In this document: in pieces, positions 11,101-22,507 of the stretch
How positions within the stretch are numbered: position 1 is the stretch's first letter
Layout: the number at the start of each line of letters is the position of its first letter
Source of the DNA: Phoronis australis
Lineage: Eukaryota; Animalia; Phoronida
Length of the DNA: 64,000 nucleotides
Direction: 5' to 3'
Assembly: GCA_002633005.1 (NCBI GenBank)
Contig: NMRA01000274.1
Span: 507,375-571,374 of the forward strand
Translations under genes and position numbers: made by a program
Notes under the pieces: model-generated
Database searches by the model: none
Told to the model about the DNA's origin: nothing
The model's input: only the letters and a program-made list of their open reading frames with translations

Positions 11101-14100
11101 CTACGCTCCTGCGGATGCATTCCTTAAAATTGCTGTAATAGTCAGGTGACATATACATTTTGCTCATGTTAATCTTCGTCTAAACTTGGGGCCTGGCCAC
11201 GCTGTTGAATGGCATCTTTAAGTCTTTCCCAGAATACTCTTTGTCCTTGCGTGTCATCGCTCCATTCCAAGAATGTCTTTTTTCTGATCAGGAACTTAAG
11301 AATCGGAGTCATGTGCTCAAAGCTGACATCCTCAACAAGTATTATAATCAGTGATTGTCTCGCCTTTTGAGCATTATGCAGTGTATTAGCATGGGCGAGA
11401 TTAACTTCAAATTTACACCACCCGCTCTTCACAAAGTTCTGCGTGAGCACGACTAAAACTTTTCTACTTTTTTCTATGCTCTCTGCTATGTTCTCAGAGA
11501 TATCACGGCCCGGTTTGAAGTCTCGCTCATGGATACACATCTTGTAGCCAAATTCATTCTCAAGTTTGGGCAATAGCTGTTGTGTGACCAGATCACTGTC
11601 GTCTCCGCTGTATGTGATGAAACAGTCATAGGTGTACAACAGATGGTCAGTTTCTTCCAAATGATTTGACCGTCTTGATCGCAATAGAAATATCCAATAG
11701 CGAATGTACCATCGATGTTTATAAAGTAGGCCAATAACAGCCAAGATGACAATGAACAGGCCAAATCCAGACCCACAAAGTATAACTAGCAGATGGTGAC
11801 ATTCAAAAAATGTTGGTCTGTACTGTAGTAGACTTTTGTGTTTCAAATTTGAACATTTGTACGGAATCGTATACGAGATCTTGAGTGTGAAAGTTTTGTT
11901 GTCATGCATCTGGCGAACCCAGTCGACATACCAAGCCAGGTTGCAGTCACAAATATAGGGATTAGAAAATGCCTGAAAATGATTCAGTGTCGATAACACT
12001 GGTCGAAGAGAGCTTTGATTAATTGTGCGGATTTGATTCATCGATACATCCAGTGAGCGAAGGTTCTTAAGGTTCTCTAAGACTACATCGTTCCATCCGG
12101 ATAGTTGATTTTGTCGTAAAATAAGACGTTCCAGACTTGTGAGATCTTTAAACAGTCGTTCAGGCAACCCCTTTAAGTTTGTATAGCTCAAATCCAGCAC
12201 TTTCAATTTGACAAGACCTTCAAACATGCATTCCGGTTTGAAGTGACCGTCGTGGGTAAAATAATTAAGAATACGCAGGTACACACCGTGCAGGATTAGA
12301 TGTTCGAGACTTCTCAAGTTCGCAAAGTAGCAGACTTGTTTGGCTTTCCAAGGGTTTTCACTCAGCGTCAAGGACTTAATGTTTTTGAGGCCTGAGAATG
12401 TTCGTTTTCCAATGTTTTTTATGCCGTTATTGTCAAAATGAAGAAACTTGATTTTCAGAAGTGGTTGTAGTAGATCGTCGCTTAGTTCTTGTAGTGAATT
12501 ATGGGATAGGTTGAGAGAAATAAGTTGCTCTAGTCCGGAAAAAGGAGACCGTTGGTGTACCTTGTCAAGTGCTGTTATGTGGTTGAAAGTTAAGTCCATG
12601 GATTGTATTTTTGGAAGAAATGAATTTCCTTTCTCATTAGCAAAGATGGGCAAGTGTAGAATGTTACACTTGTTGAGCAATAAAACTCTTAATGTAGTCA
12701 ATCCTTGGAGTGCTTTGGGCTGGAAAGAAGTCAGCTTAAGGTTCTTCATCATGTTCAGAATAACCAAACGAGTTTGGCTGATAAATGTGTTATCCTCAAC
12801 TGTATGGAACTTGTTTCCTGAAATATCCAGACTAGTCAACTGTTTGAAGCACAGAAATGTCCCAGTGATATTCTTGAGATTTGTACGACTAAACCCTAGT
12901 CGCCTTATTGGTGCTTGGCAAAGCTGTTGCAACATTAAGTCAATAGATTTCTTTGTCATGTATAAGCTGTTCTCAGAAAGGTCCAGCTGTTCAAGATGTG
13001 CAAGTCCCGCAAATGTTCCAACTTCAATGTGTGAAATGTTACTTCTCAGTAAATGAAATTGCTTCAGTTTCAAATATCTGATCATCAAGAAACTGTTGTT
13101 TGTCAAAGAACTCAGGTTGTTTTGACAAATGCTTAGTTGTTTCAGTTCCCTCAAGTTTCGAAAACCTTCTCCCAAAGTTGAGTTGGTGATCAGATTTCTA
13201 TCCAAGTCAAGCACCGAGAGCTTTTTAAGCTTAGTCAATACTTGATCAGGTATGCGAGTCAGGCTTGTTCTTTCGAGTGAAAGTTTCTTCAAGTTTTCGG
13301 CTCCGTTAAAAGTTCCAGTGAAGGTGTTGTTAAAGTAACGCAGGTTATTCGCAGAGAGGTCAATGGTTTGAATATTTGTTAACCCGAAAAATGCATTCTC
13401 TTCGATAAAACTGATACTGCTGTTTCTCAGGAACAGGAATTTCAGCTGTGTCAGATTAGCGAACGAGTTCTCCCTCAATATCTTCAATTCGCTGTTGTCC
13501 AAACTAAGGTACTGAGTGTCGGTTGGAATGTCCGGCGGAATCTCTCTCAGAGGCTTCTCGTGGTACCTGCCATCGCATGTCACATGTTTCCTTCGTGGGT
13601 TACATATGCATTTCGCCGGACAGTTTCCACCTGTCAAACCACTGATCACTTGCAGTAGAATGGCTAACAGAGTCACTAATCCCAACAGTGACTTCTTCAT
13701 GGTTTATCTCTCAATGCATAAATGTCTACATGTGTTGACAACCAGTTGTTGCAGGATAAAATATTAAAGTCCCTGGGCTTGTGGTTTTCTTTTGTTGTAT
13801 CTAGATGTTACAGTGCAAATAAAGATCACCTGCATACTTGTTGACTGAGTCATTTTCAGTTTCATATCCTGCTAGCATGAATTTCCTGGTTGCATATTAG
13901 GGATATTTGCTTGTCCTCAATGGATGCTCTGAAGCATTGAAAAGCTATTGAAAGCCAGGAGGAGCCTATACCCAGTAAAAAATGTTAATAGAATTAGTCC
14001 TTTGTAACTTGGGTCACCTCTTGGCTTAAACACCTAGGTGCAGTAGGTAGTGTGCTCAGATTTGTTATGAAAAAGCATTAGTATACCTGAGGGGGTCTTA

Positions 14101-17100
14101 GCTGAAAAATCCATAAAAATACGCACTTGACATGATCTGGAATTGAGTAACACGTTGTCATTTTAAAGTAACTGCGAAGTTGTAAGTGAGATTCATTCAG
14201 GAATACAGAGGCGGATCTACGGGGGGAGCTGGGTTCAAGGGGTTGAAACCTCCTCTCGGGACAGAATCAAAAATAAAAATTTCAAAAAATGTCGCCAGGA
14301 AAATGAAATCAGCTACTAAAAACCAAAAAATTCTTACACAGAAAGAGGGAAACTCTCTCCCCTCGGCGCTATGCGCCTCGGATTCGTGCAAATCCTAAAC
14401 CCCCCTTACTAAAGACCTAGATCTGACACTGGAACAATTGAATAACAAGATCATCTGTTTAACTGTGTTCAGAGAATAAATCAATTCGGCTGCACTGGAT
14501 CATTCCCTGGACGCAAACGCCCCTTGCAAAATGCTGCTTTTCGATTGGTCAGTTAAGCTGTCACTCAAAAATCCTGGCTATAGGTCAGTAATAGTAAACT
14601 CCATTCCACCAGGGTGTTATCAAATAAGATTGTACTCAACTTTGAGTTAAATGTTTTGTTTATTTTCAGCGCCATTGTTCCAAAGTGATTGACAAGTACA
14701 TTGAGACAGACACTATGATTATACTCTTAGACCTGATACTTCACAAGCTGCAAGCATACAGGCATGTGTTATTCAACTCTAAAGTAAAGGTATCTAAGGA
14801 AATTAAATCCTATAAATTTGTGAATTCAAAAGTCAAATTTGCTTTATAATGGCATAACTTTTTAATTGAAATTCCAATTTATTTTAATTGGTTAATTATT
14901 CTCATCAGCTGTTTGCTGTATCTGTTATCTTAGCTATTTACCTTTAGTTACCTGTTATTATAAGGTCACAGTTTGATTGTAATCTGTTACTTACTTCATT
15001 GTCGATTTCTAAGGCGGGTTCCTGAGCACTCAATTTAATTTTCCATTTGACTTCTATTTCTAAGCCAACTGTGAGCCCTTCATTGTTTAAATAGTAAAAC
15101 AGTGACCATTTTAAGTAATATGTGAATGTTCCTAGAACCCTGAGAGATGATATGAATAGTTGCATTATTCAACTCTCTTATTTTTTGCACAGTTAGAGAA
15201 ATGCATTGTATGGTTCACATTCCAGTTTTTGAAAAGCTAGGGTGGTAAATGTCTCTGTGCTGAGGTGGACAACAAAGGACATGTTGTTTCCTGCCCAGCT
15301 TATCAATTTTTATTGTGGGTATTGCAACTCACTGTCCAGCAGTAAAGTTTACGTAACTAGCATTAGAATGACGAGTTCAAATAATGTCTGCCTTAAAATA
15401 GCAGTTACCACGGCAGCAGTGCCCTATCTATAGGTTCTTGGCATTGTGGGTAAATATCACAGAATCATGGAGGGTCAGGATATGACTATTGACTTTTATA
15501 TGACTTGTACCGTACCACAGTAAGATTTTAAAAAAAATTAGAACAGTCCTGGCTTGTATTGCAAAAACTTGCGATAAGAATTGCATAGCTCTTATGAAAT
15601 CATTTTCCAAGATTAATTTATACACCTTTAATTTCTATTTTGGAATTACGCAAATGCTTCTATTTCTTAGAGGAATCCAGTGTCTGAACTTAAGAAAGTG
15701 TACTGTACAAGACAAAAGTAATCAAAGGGACATGCAGTACCAGACAAAAGTAATCAGACAAAACACCATTTCCCATCATGGTGGATAATTCTGTCAACAG
15801 CAAAAATTTCTGGTAATAACTGTTGTGGCGGCAAAATTCCAATTACAGAATGGCTTGGTTGCCTTACTAAATTTCCTGTTAATTCTTTTCATTCTCAGTC
15901 ATGAGCGATAGTTTCTCTGATGGTGAATTTGACTTCTGCTCAGCCATCATGACCGGGAATTCTGGGTCATTTTGTCTGAATACTTTTGGCTTGTATTGTA
16001 CGATTCAGAACTTCTGCTGGTGCAATTTTTTGTTCCAGTTTCACATCAAATTCCTGCTTGTTCTTCTCGTCTGTGAAACGTACAACAAGTGGGCAATGCT
16101 ACACAAGGACCAGGAAGCTGATGGGGAGCTAGTGGTTNTTACTTACTTCATTGTCGATTTCTAAGGTGGGTTCCTGAGCACTCAATTTAATTTTCCATTT
16201 GACTTCTATTTCTAAGCCAACTGTGAGCCCTTCATTGTTTAAATAGTAAAACAGTGACCATTTTAAGTAATATGTGAATGTTCCTAGAACCAGAGATGAT
16301 ATGAATAGTTGCATTATTCAACTCTCTTATTTTTTGCACAGTTAGAGAAATGCATTGTATGGTTCACATTCCAGTTTTTGAAAAGCTAGGGTGGTAAATG
16401 TCTCTGTGCTGAGATGGACAAGAAAGGACATGTTGTTCCCTGCCTAGCTTATCAATTTTTATTGTGGGTATTGCAACTCGCTGTCCAGCAGTAAATTTTA
16501 CATAACTAGCATTAGAATGACGAGTTCAAATAATGTCTGCCTTAAAATAGCAGTTACAACGGCAGCAGTGCCCTATCTATAGGTTCTTGGCAATGTGGGT
16601 AAATATCACAGAATCATGGAGGGTCAGGATATGACTATTGACTTTTATGTGACTTGTACTGTACCACGGTAAGATTTTTAAAAAAAATTAGAACAGTCCT
16701 GGCTTGTATTACAAAAACTTGTGATAAGAAATGCATAGCTCTTATGAAATCATTTTCCAAGATTAATTTAGACACCTTTAATTTCTATTTTGGAATTACG
16801 CAAATGCTTCTATTTCTTAGGGGAATCCAGTGTCTGAACTTAAGAAAGTGTACTGTGCAAGACAAAAGTAATCAAAGGGACATGCAGTACCAGACAAAAG
16901 TAATCAGACAAAACACCATTTCCCATCATGGTGGATAATTCTGTCAACAGCAAAAATTTCTGGTAATAACTGTTGTGGCGGCAAAATTCCAATTACAGAA
17001 TGGCTTGGTTGCCTTACTAAATTTCCTGTTAATTCTTTTCATTCTCAGTCATGAGCGATAGTTTCTCTGATGGTGAATTTGACTTCTGCTCAGCCATCAT

Positions 17101-20100
17101 GACCGGGAATTCTGGGTCATTTTGTCTGAATACTTTTGGCTTGTATTGTACGATTCAGAACTTCTGTTGGTGCAATTTTTTGTTCCAGTTTCACATCAAA
17201 TTCCTGCTTGTTCTTCTCGTCTGTGAAACGTACAACAAGTGGGCAATGCTACACAAGGACCAGGAAGCTGATGGGGAGCTAGTGGTTGTCTATGCTGCGC
17301 TTGAGTGGTCATTTTACAAGATGTCGGTTGTCACTGCTATTGGTAATTTTATGTAATTTTAGACCAAGCAGGATGTTATAAATCATATAGGGTTACTCCT
17401 GTTCCAGGATCTTGTGGGATGTATTTGGGAGCAAAAATTTTTCCATTTTTAAGCAGGATAATTACATGCACTTTTTTCAAAAAATGACAATTGAAAATGA
17501 CCGTTAGTGATTGTCCATGGCTAAAAACAATGGGAGTATTTCAAATCTCTAATGGAATACCCAAATTCAAAACAGAACTCCATGCCATTGAGTGAAACTT
17601 TCTTGATTTTGTGCAAAAATAAGTTAGTTATTGAATAGTGCTGGTAATTTGAAAGTGCAATTAAGGAACCGGGACCTTCTTCAAAAATGACTTTAGATTT
17701 GGTCCACTTGTTGCTCTAAAACCGGTCTCATCCCGTTGTATACTCAAGTTAGAAAATGATTTTTATGCTCGAGAAAGATGTAACCAATTCCTATTCGATG
17801 CTGTTATTTTTGGAGTGCAGGTGGATCGAGAAAATACTCTTGACAGCAAACTTGTTTTAGTGACTTTAAAATGTAATGCAGTGTAGTTCATCTTCCCTGA
17901 ATTGTAATATTCTTATATTTATAATGTATCTGAATTGTAATATTCTTATAATTATAATGTATCTGAATTGTAATATTCTTATATTTATAATGTATCTGAA
18001 TTGTAATATTCTTATATTTATAATGTATCTGAGTGAATGGTGAAACTTACCGCAGAAAACAAATAAGTAATCAGACAATACTGTTCTGCTTTCCTGACCG
18101 CTAATTTTGTTAACCACTAAAATGACTGGTGATAACTATTAAGGTGGCAAGATTCTAATTACAAATAGTCTTGGCCACTTTACTAACTTTCCTGTTCATT
18201 CCCTTTCATTCTGAATCATGAAGGAAGACTACTCTGACTCTGAAGTTCGGCTTCCGTCCAGCTGTCATGACGGGAATTCTGGGTAATTTTGTCTGAACAC
18301 CACATGTACTTTATTCGTAGTTTTATTCCTTTGTTGAACTACAATCTATCTTAATTTCTTTTATTTCAGAAACGTTAAGCTTTTTTGCCGCTTTGAGTGT
18401 TCTCCTGTATCTCACTCAAATGAAGAGTACAAGTTGTAAAGTTAGGTGAGCATTTATTTAGTAGCCTCTGGTAGCCGAGGAAACCATTGATTGTCAGGCA
18501 AGTTGTTGATTGAACAAGTTCATTTGAAAATTTTTGGATAGTGCCGGTAGTGTAAAGAGATCGTTGTTGCTTTGTTCGTCAGTTGTTACTAGTGCTGTTC
18601 CCATTTGAAAATTCATGGAAACAATGGGGTGTATTTTGCGGGCAAAGTTTTGGGTTGGTTCACAAAGTTGACTGGATTCTGAGTTCCACCACATTTTACT
18701 GGGTTAGTACTGGGAAAATTATTCAAGATGACCTACCTGGTTTGTTGATTTAATTAAAATTCTGATCATTGTCTGTATCATAAAACCATTGGTGCTGGCG
18801 CATGTGTTATACAACACGGAATGTGTGATGTCAGTGTTTGCCAATAGGGGCGCCACGTAACTTTCCAATATTCATAAATCCTTTGGGGACATGACCGTTT
18901 GTGGACTTAATCCCGTGTACTTCTTTCCTAAAATATTTCTGGGATTTCAAACTACATTGGAATGGTATACTGGGTGACAGATTAATCGGCCATTTACATT
19001 CGTATACCAATAGCTCAGTGCGAGCCTTTTGTGAAGCAGTGTCATCTAATCACATGGTGCAGTCATGCCTTGTGCTTTTAATTGAATAAAATTATTTACA
19101 AAATTGGATATAACTGCATTTTGTTGGTTACCATGGTTAGATGACTTCCTGTTGTTAAGAAATTTGCTATGATTTTGGCACCCCTGTTCCACACGAGCAG
19201 CATAGCATACAAAAATATTTTTCATTTTCAAAGGCTTCTAACATTGTTGTAAATGCTCATAGCACCATCTGGTGGTAGCTGTGTGTAGAGAACTTTGAAA
19301 TAACAAGGGGTTTTTGACTTTACTAATATTTACGAATATTTTATGAAAAACATGAAATTTCACTGGTCTGCAATATTGTATCTTAACTTTATGGGATTTC
19401 ATCGTACTAATGTGCCAAATTGATGCTTTTGTCACTGTCTCAACTGTTTGTTCACCAGCCTCCTGGATTATTACGTTTGGTTGTTAATGGAGACAACACT
19501 ATTTCACACTGGCTAATGCTGAGTTCAGTTTTGACTTTACAAAAAACAAGTCTTAGTTCAATCCATTTCCGTATCTGTCACTTTGAATTGTAGTTGGTAG
19601 TGGTTGGGCTCTTAAATACTGCAAACCATAAAATGTGTTTTCTTTTGAGCTCGCTTATTTCGTTTGAGAACTGACGAAGGCATCTACTGTACAGGTTACT
19701 GTCAGTGTTGGAACATAATAGGTTGACTTGACACTCCCAATTATCTCCCCTTTTAGGAATTTATTTCTCAAAACTTCATTACGTGCTGTTTAATTGTTGG
19801 AGAACATAATTTATAAGATGCCTTTACCAGTTACACCCCACTAACCCTGATCATCTGCTGACAGCCATTACCACCCTATTTCTGTTTCCAATCCAATAAA
19901 CCTAATTTGGTGGAAATAATTACAGGCGAACTACTTAATAACAAAGATTTAACAGCTCAATTAACTCAAGCATGTCTTAATGATTGACTTGCTGTTTGGG
20001 TGGGGCCTACCTTGCTGTCACCAGAATTCTTTTGATGTCCTCAGAGACAAAAACAGCTTGCCTAGCCTAGTGTTGGTGTATCAAGGTCTGTTAACATTTA

Positions 20101-22507
20101 TTCTTGTGTCGCAAACCTTGAAATTTCCTTAGTTTGATAGGACTTCATTTCCATGACATGCAGTTGAGTATCTACTACATGCTTGCGTGTTAAATGTGTC
20201 TTTTGAATTTCAGCATCATAGAAGTGTTAAAGGGAATCTCAATCTCCACATTTGGCAAACTGTTAGTCATCCCTGCCATAATATGGGGTCAGAGTAGTAG
20301 TTCGGTCTACGTGTGGTTAACACGGCTGTTTGTCTTCACATCAAATGTGCAGGCTCTCAGAGGTAATTAATTTTTTTAAATTTCATTTATGGACAGCTTG
20401 ACACATATTGAATTCCTCTTTGTAAATAAGTCGACTTATGTTAAACATACTCTTACCTTTACATTCACGAATTTGGAAAACGATAAGTTTTGCCAATCAA
20501 CAGATATCACTAGAATCTATTATATATAATGCATCGTTTGCACAAACTCCATCTCCCCCAATCCTCTACAGACCTTCGTTGCACCCGTTTTGGCACCGCC
20601 TTGGTCCCAGGTATTGCACCGGCCCCCTATTAGGATTTGAGGTGTCCTATATTTTTCTCGCAGGCAGTTTTTTTGCGGACGCAGAGGGAGGATGGCTATA
20701 CGTACTCGCCTTGGTGACGTCAGTCGGTCGGCTCAACGGCCTGGGTGACGTCACTCCGTCGGCTTAATTTCACTCCCTCCGGCTTTTGTCGAGTATATAA
20801 TTCATCGGGCTTGTCGCTGCCCAAATTAATGATGCCTCATTAAAATTGTTTACTCTTCCTTGAGTAAACTAAATTATTGCCCCGGGTGTTGGAACACTGG
20901 CGTTCTTCAGTTATTCTGCTCCTAAAATTGCCACGCGCTCTTTGGGCGCCATTGCGTCACCTATTGGCCAATTTCCATGTTCTTCAATCAGCTGCGAGGT
21001 TGCGTACAGATCATAACAATCGGAAGTGGTTTCATTTCGTTACAAGTTTTTACTATTTTGATACCAGAAAACCCAATTTCAGAACAAACTCTTGAGAGAT
21101 ATCGCAAAGTGTTAGGAAATGGCGCATAGGCATACGTTCGCGTGTCACGAGTATGCATCGTTTTCAAAACGACGTCACATTTTCCTTTGTTTACGTTTAA
21201 TAGATTTTATACTTCTATGAACAGCTGTTACGGGCAAGTTGAATGTTACTGCAGGGTCAAATGTTCTGGAAAGAAATTTGTACTGCCTAGGGAAAGAATC
21301 CCGCAGCCGCACACCTTGCTTAATAATATCTGGCAGTGACAGAAGTTCTGCTTGAAGCTTTGAACACTCTCTCTTTAGTAATATTCCTGTCTCTTGCGAT
21401 GACCACTCGCTTCACTCTATTTAATCTCGGCATTTCCCACTAGCTGTTACCCGTGCGAAAGCATGGGTAACGGCTAGTAATACTTATTTTGTAATTTTCA
21501 ATTGTGTATTTGCCTTATTTTACTGTAGACTTTTTTTTAAAGTGGGCAGGGTTTCCGCCAAAACGTCATTAGATTTGGCGATAGTTGAGTGAATTTTTGG
21601 GTGAACTAAATTTGATTAAATCCCTTTTACGAAGTTTTTAACTTGAGTGAAGCTTGGAGTATCTTTAAAATTTTGAATTTAACCTGATCTTTTACAGTCA
21701 TTCATCCTTTGCCTCAGTTTTTGTTGCATTAAGGGTAATTTTTTCAGTCTTTATGTAGAGCCATTGTCAGTGTAGGAATAACTATGCATTTGTCAAGAAT
21801 GAGCAAAGTGGCAAACTTTTTAATAAAAATGTTACTCATTTTTCTTTGGCAAAAGTGAAATTATGGGGCCTATTGTTGAGTAAGTTTCATGTACTTACAA
21901 GATCTCTTTGAGTACCGCTAAAGCGTGAACTGTGACTTGTGAGAGTGTATTTTATTGATTTCTGTACAATCATATAAATACTCTAAATCCAATACTTTAT
22001 CAGGTAAACATGTTTTTGCAATCTGCTTTTTCCCATATTTACTTGCAGTGCAGTGCTGTGGTAAAGTGTCTCTATAACTTTTGATGTTTGCTAACATGCT
22101 GTTTTATGAAAAGTGACTGAAATTTGGTCTTGCTCTCCCCATTACTATTTCTAATCCCAATTGAACAAAAGTGCTAAGCTTTTGAGAATATAAACATAAC
22201 TGCTTGTTATTGAGATAATTTCTATTCAATATTTCTAGACTATGATTTGCTCATAATTCTTTAGCTAAACCTTTATTTAACAATTGTGAAGTGGGGAACG
22301 TTAGACTAAATATTGTCCTAAGTTTTTAGTCACTTTCATGAAACGGACCCAAGACCATCATGTTTCTTTTTTAAAACCATTTTTGTGTTTGTGTTTGTCT
22401 TTGCAGTGTTATGTAGCCATCCACATCTTGTATGTATGGCTATGATTGGAATATGCTATGGAGTTCAGTATTCAACTTCAAACTTTATGAGAGATCTCAT
22501 CACTTAA
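8169..22507 (+). CDS. ARV1: ARV1 (ER sterol/GPI homeostasis protein), complete 6-exon gene, 229 aa
   Basis: GT-AG exons 8169-8258, 14670-14789, 17189-17342, 18370-18445, 20214-20362, 22407-22507 sum to 690 nt in frame. Translation: MGKYICTECGEDEDELYKDFKAGIIKICHC-RHCSKVIDKYIETDTMIILLDLILHKLQAYRHVLFN...ALEWSFYKM...FGKLLVIPAIIW...FVFTSNVQALRV... This matches the Arv1 zinc-binding CxxC...CxxC and DKYIE...QAYRHxLFN motifs. Confidence 0.93.
8296..9125. mobile_element. Non-autonomous Tc1/pogo-like TIR element in ARV1 intron 1
   Basis: Inverted termini ACCTAATTATCGGACG (~8308-8323) and CGTCCGATAATTAGGT (~9100-9115), plus a subterminal inverted pair GAACCTAAATATCGGAC/GTCCGATATTTAGGTTC. Confidence 0.65.
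9780..10450 (-). mobile_element. Possible highly decayed Penelope-like retroelement remnant
   Basis: TGACAAAGAAC...TCGAAACGTT terminus-like motif near 9820-9856 and broken minus-strand reading; weak. Confidence 0.3.
11169..13700 (-). CDS. Toll-like receptor A (single cysteine cluster type): signal peptide, LRRNT, ~20 LRRs, LRRCT, TM, TIR
   Basis: 843-aa intronless ORF; CPAKCIC LRRNT, LxxLxLxxN repeats, NPYICDCNLAW LRRCT, TM GFGLFIVILAVIGLLY, TIR box1 YDCFITYS, box2 HERDFKPG, box3 FWERL. Confidence 0.97.
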   Translation of the reverse strand: MKKSLLGLVTLLAILLQVISGLTGGNCPAKCICNPRRKHVTCDGRYHEKPLREIPPDIPTDTQYLSLDNSELKILRENSFANLTQLKFLFLRNSSISFIEENAFFGLTNIQTIDLSANNLRYFNNTFTGTFNGAENLKKLSLERTSLTRIPDQVLTKLKKLSVLDLDRNLITNSTLGEGFRNLRELKQLSICQNNLSSLTNNSFLMIRYLKLKQFHLLRSNISHIEVGTFAGLAHLEQLDLSENSLYMTKKSIDLMLQQLCQAPIRRLGFSRTNLKNITGTFLCFKQLTSLDISGNKFHTVEDNTFISQTRLVILNMMKNLKLTSFQPKALQGLTTLRVLLLNKCNILHLPIFANEKGNSFLPKIQSMDLTFNHITALDKVHQRSPFSGLEQLISLNLSHNSLQELSDDLLQPLLKIKFLHFDNNGIKNIGKRTFSGLKNIKSLTLSENPWKAKQVCYFANLRSLEHLILHGVYLRILNYFTHDGHFKPECMFEGLVKLKVLDLSYTNLKGLPERLFKDLTSLERLILRQNQLSGWNDVVLENLKNLRSLDVSMNQIRTINQSSLRPVLSTLNHFQAFSNPYICDCNLAWYVDWVRQMHDNKTFTLKISYTIPYKCSNLKHKSLLQYRPTFFECHHLLVILCGSGFGLFIVILAVIGLLYKHRWYIRYWIFLLRSRRSNHLEETDHLLYTYDCFITYSGDDSDLVTQQLLPKLENEFGYKMCIHERDFKPGRDISENIAESIEKSRKVLVVLTQNFVKSGWCKFEVNLAHANTLHNAQKARQSLIIILVEDVSFEHMTPILKFLIRKKTFLEWSDDTQGQRVFWERLKDAIQQRGQAPSLDED
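13846..13863 (-). promoter_or_regulatory. Adjacent AP-1 (TGAGTCA) and ISRE-like (GAAACTGAAA on minus) motifs upstream of TLR-A
   Basis: TGAGTCA at 13846-13852 and TTTCAGTTTC at 13854-13863, about 150 nt upstream of the ATG. The AP-1 site is also retained upstream of TLR-C (~42323). Confidence 0.4.
14206..14431. mobile_element. hAT-like MITE (CAGAGGCGGATCTA...TAGATCTGACACTG)
   Basis: Imperfect terminal inverted repeats; related termini at ~7320-7338 and 43527-43656. Confidence 0.6.
14987..17287. repeat. Near-identical 1.15-kb direct duplication across a single-N gap (14987-16137 vs 16139-17287); probable assembly artefact
   Basis: Copies differ only by scattered SNPs and small indels. The junction is exactly the n at 16138, and the first copy ends mid-way through ARV1 exon 3. 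Confidence 0.85.
15746..15987. mobile_element. MITE (~240 bp family), also at 16896-17137 and 18066-18300
   Basis: TIR AAAAGTAATCAGACAAAA / TTTTGTCTGAATACTTTT. Confidence 0.65.
17897..18032. repeat. 33-bp AT-rich minisatellite, 4 copies
   Basis: CTGAATTGTAATATTCTTATATTTATAATGTAT repeated with no spacers. Confidence 0.95.
20516..21477 (+). mobile_element. Non-autonomous Helitron in ARV1 intron 5
   Basis: 5' A|TCTATTATATATAA; 3' hairpin GTTACCCGTGC-GAAA-GCATGGGTAAC followed by CTAG|T; A-T insertion site without TSD. Confidence 0.75.

Noticed and set aside
12448-13056. Antisense and alternate-frame ORFs over the TLR genes (also 11486, 13516, 29994, 30890, 41071, 41992)
   Set aside because: Shadow ORFs of long coding regions; lengths differ between paralogs and they have no recognisable domains.
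11169-13700. Assigning vertebrate symbols such as TLR3 or TLR13
   Set aside because: Invertebrate TLR expansions are lineage-specific; orthology and ligand cannot be inferred without phylogeny.
16039-16137. Tandem duplicated or mutually exclusive ARV1 exon 3
   Set aside because: Truncated at the n with no donor; the whole 1.15-kb block is a near-identical gap overlap.
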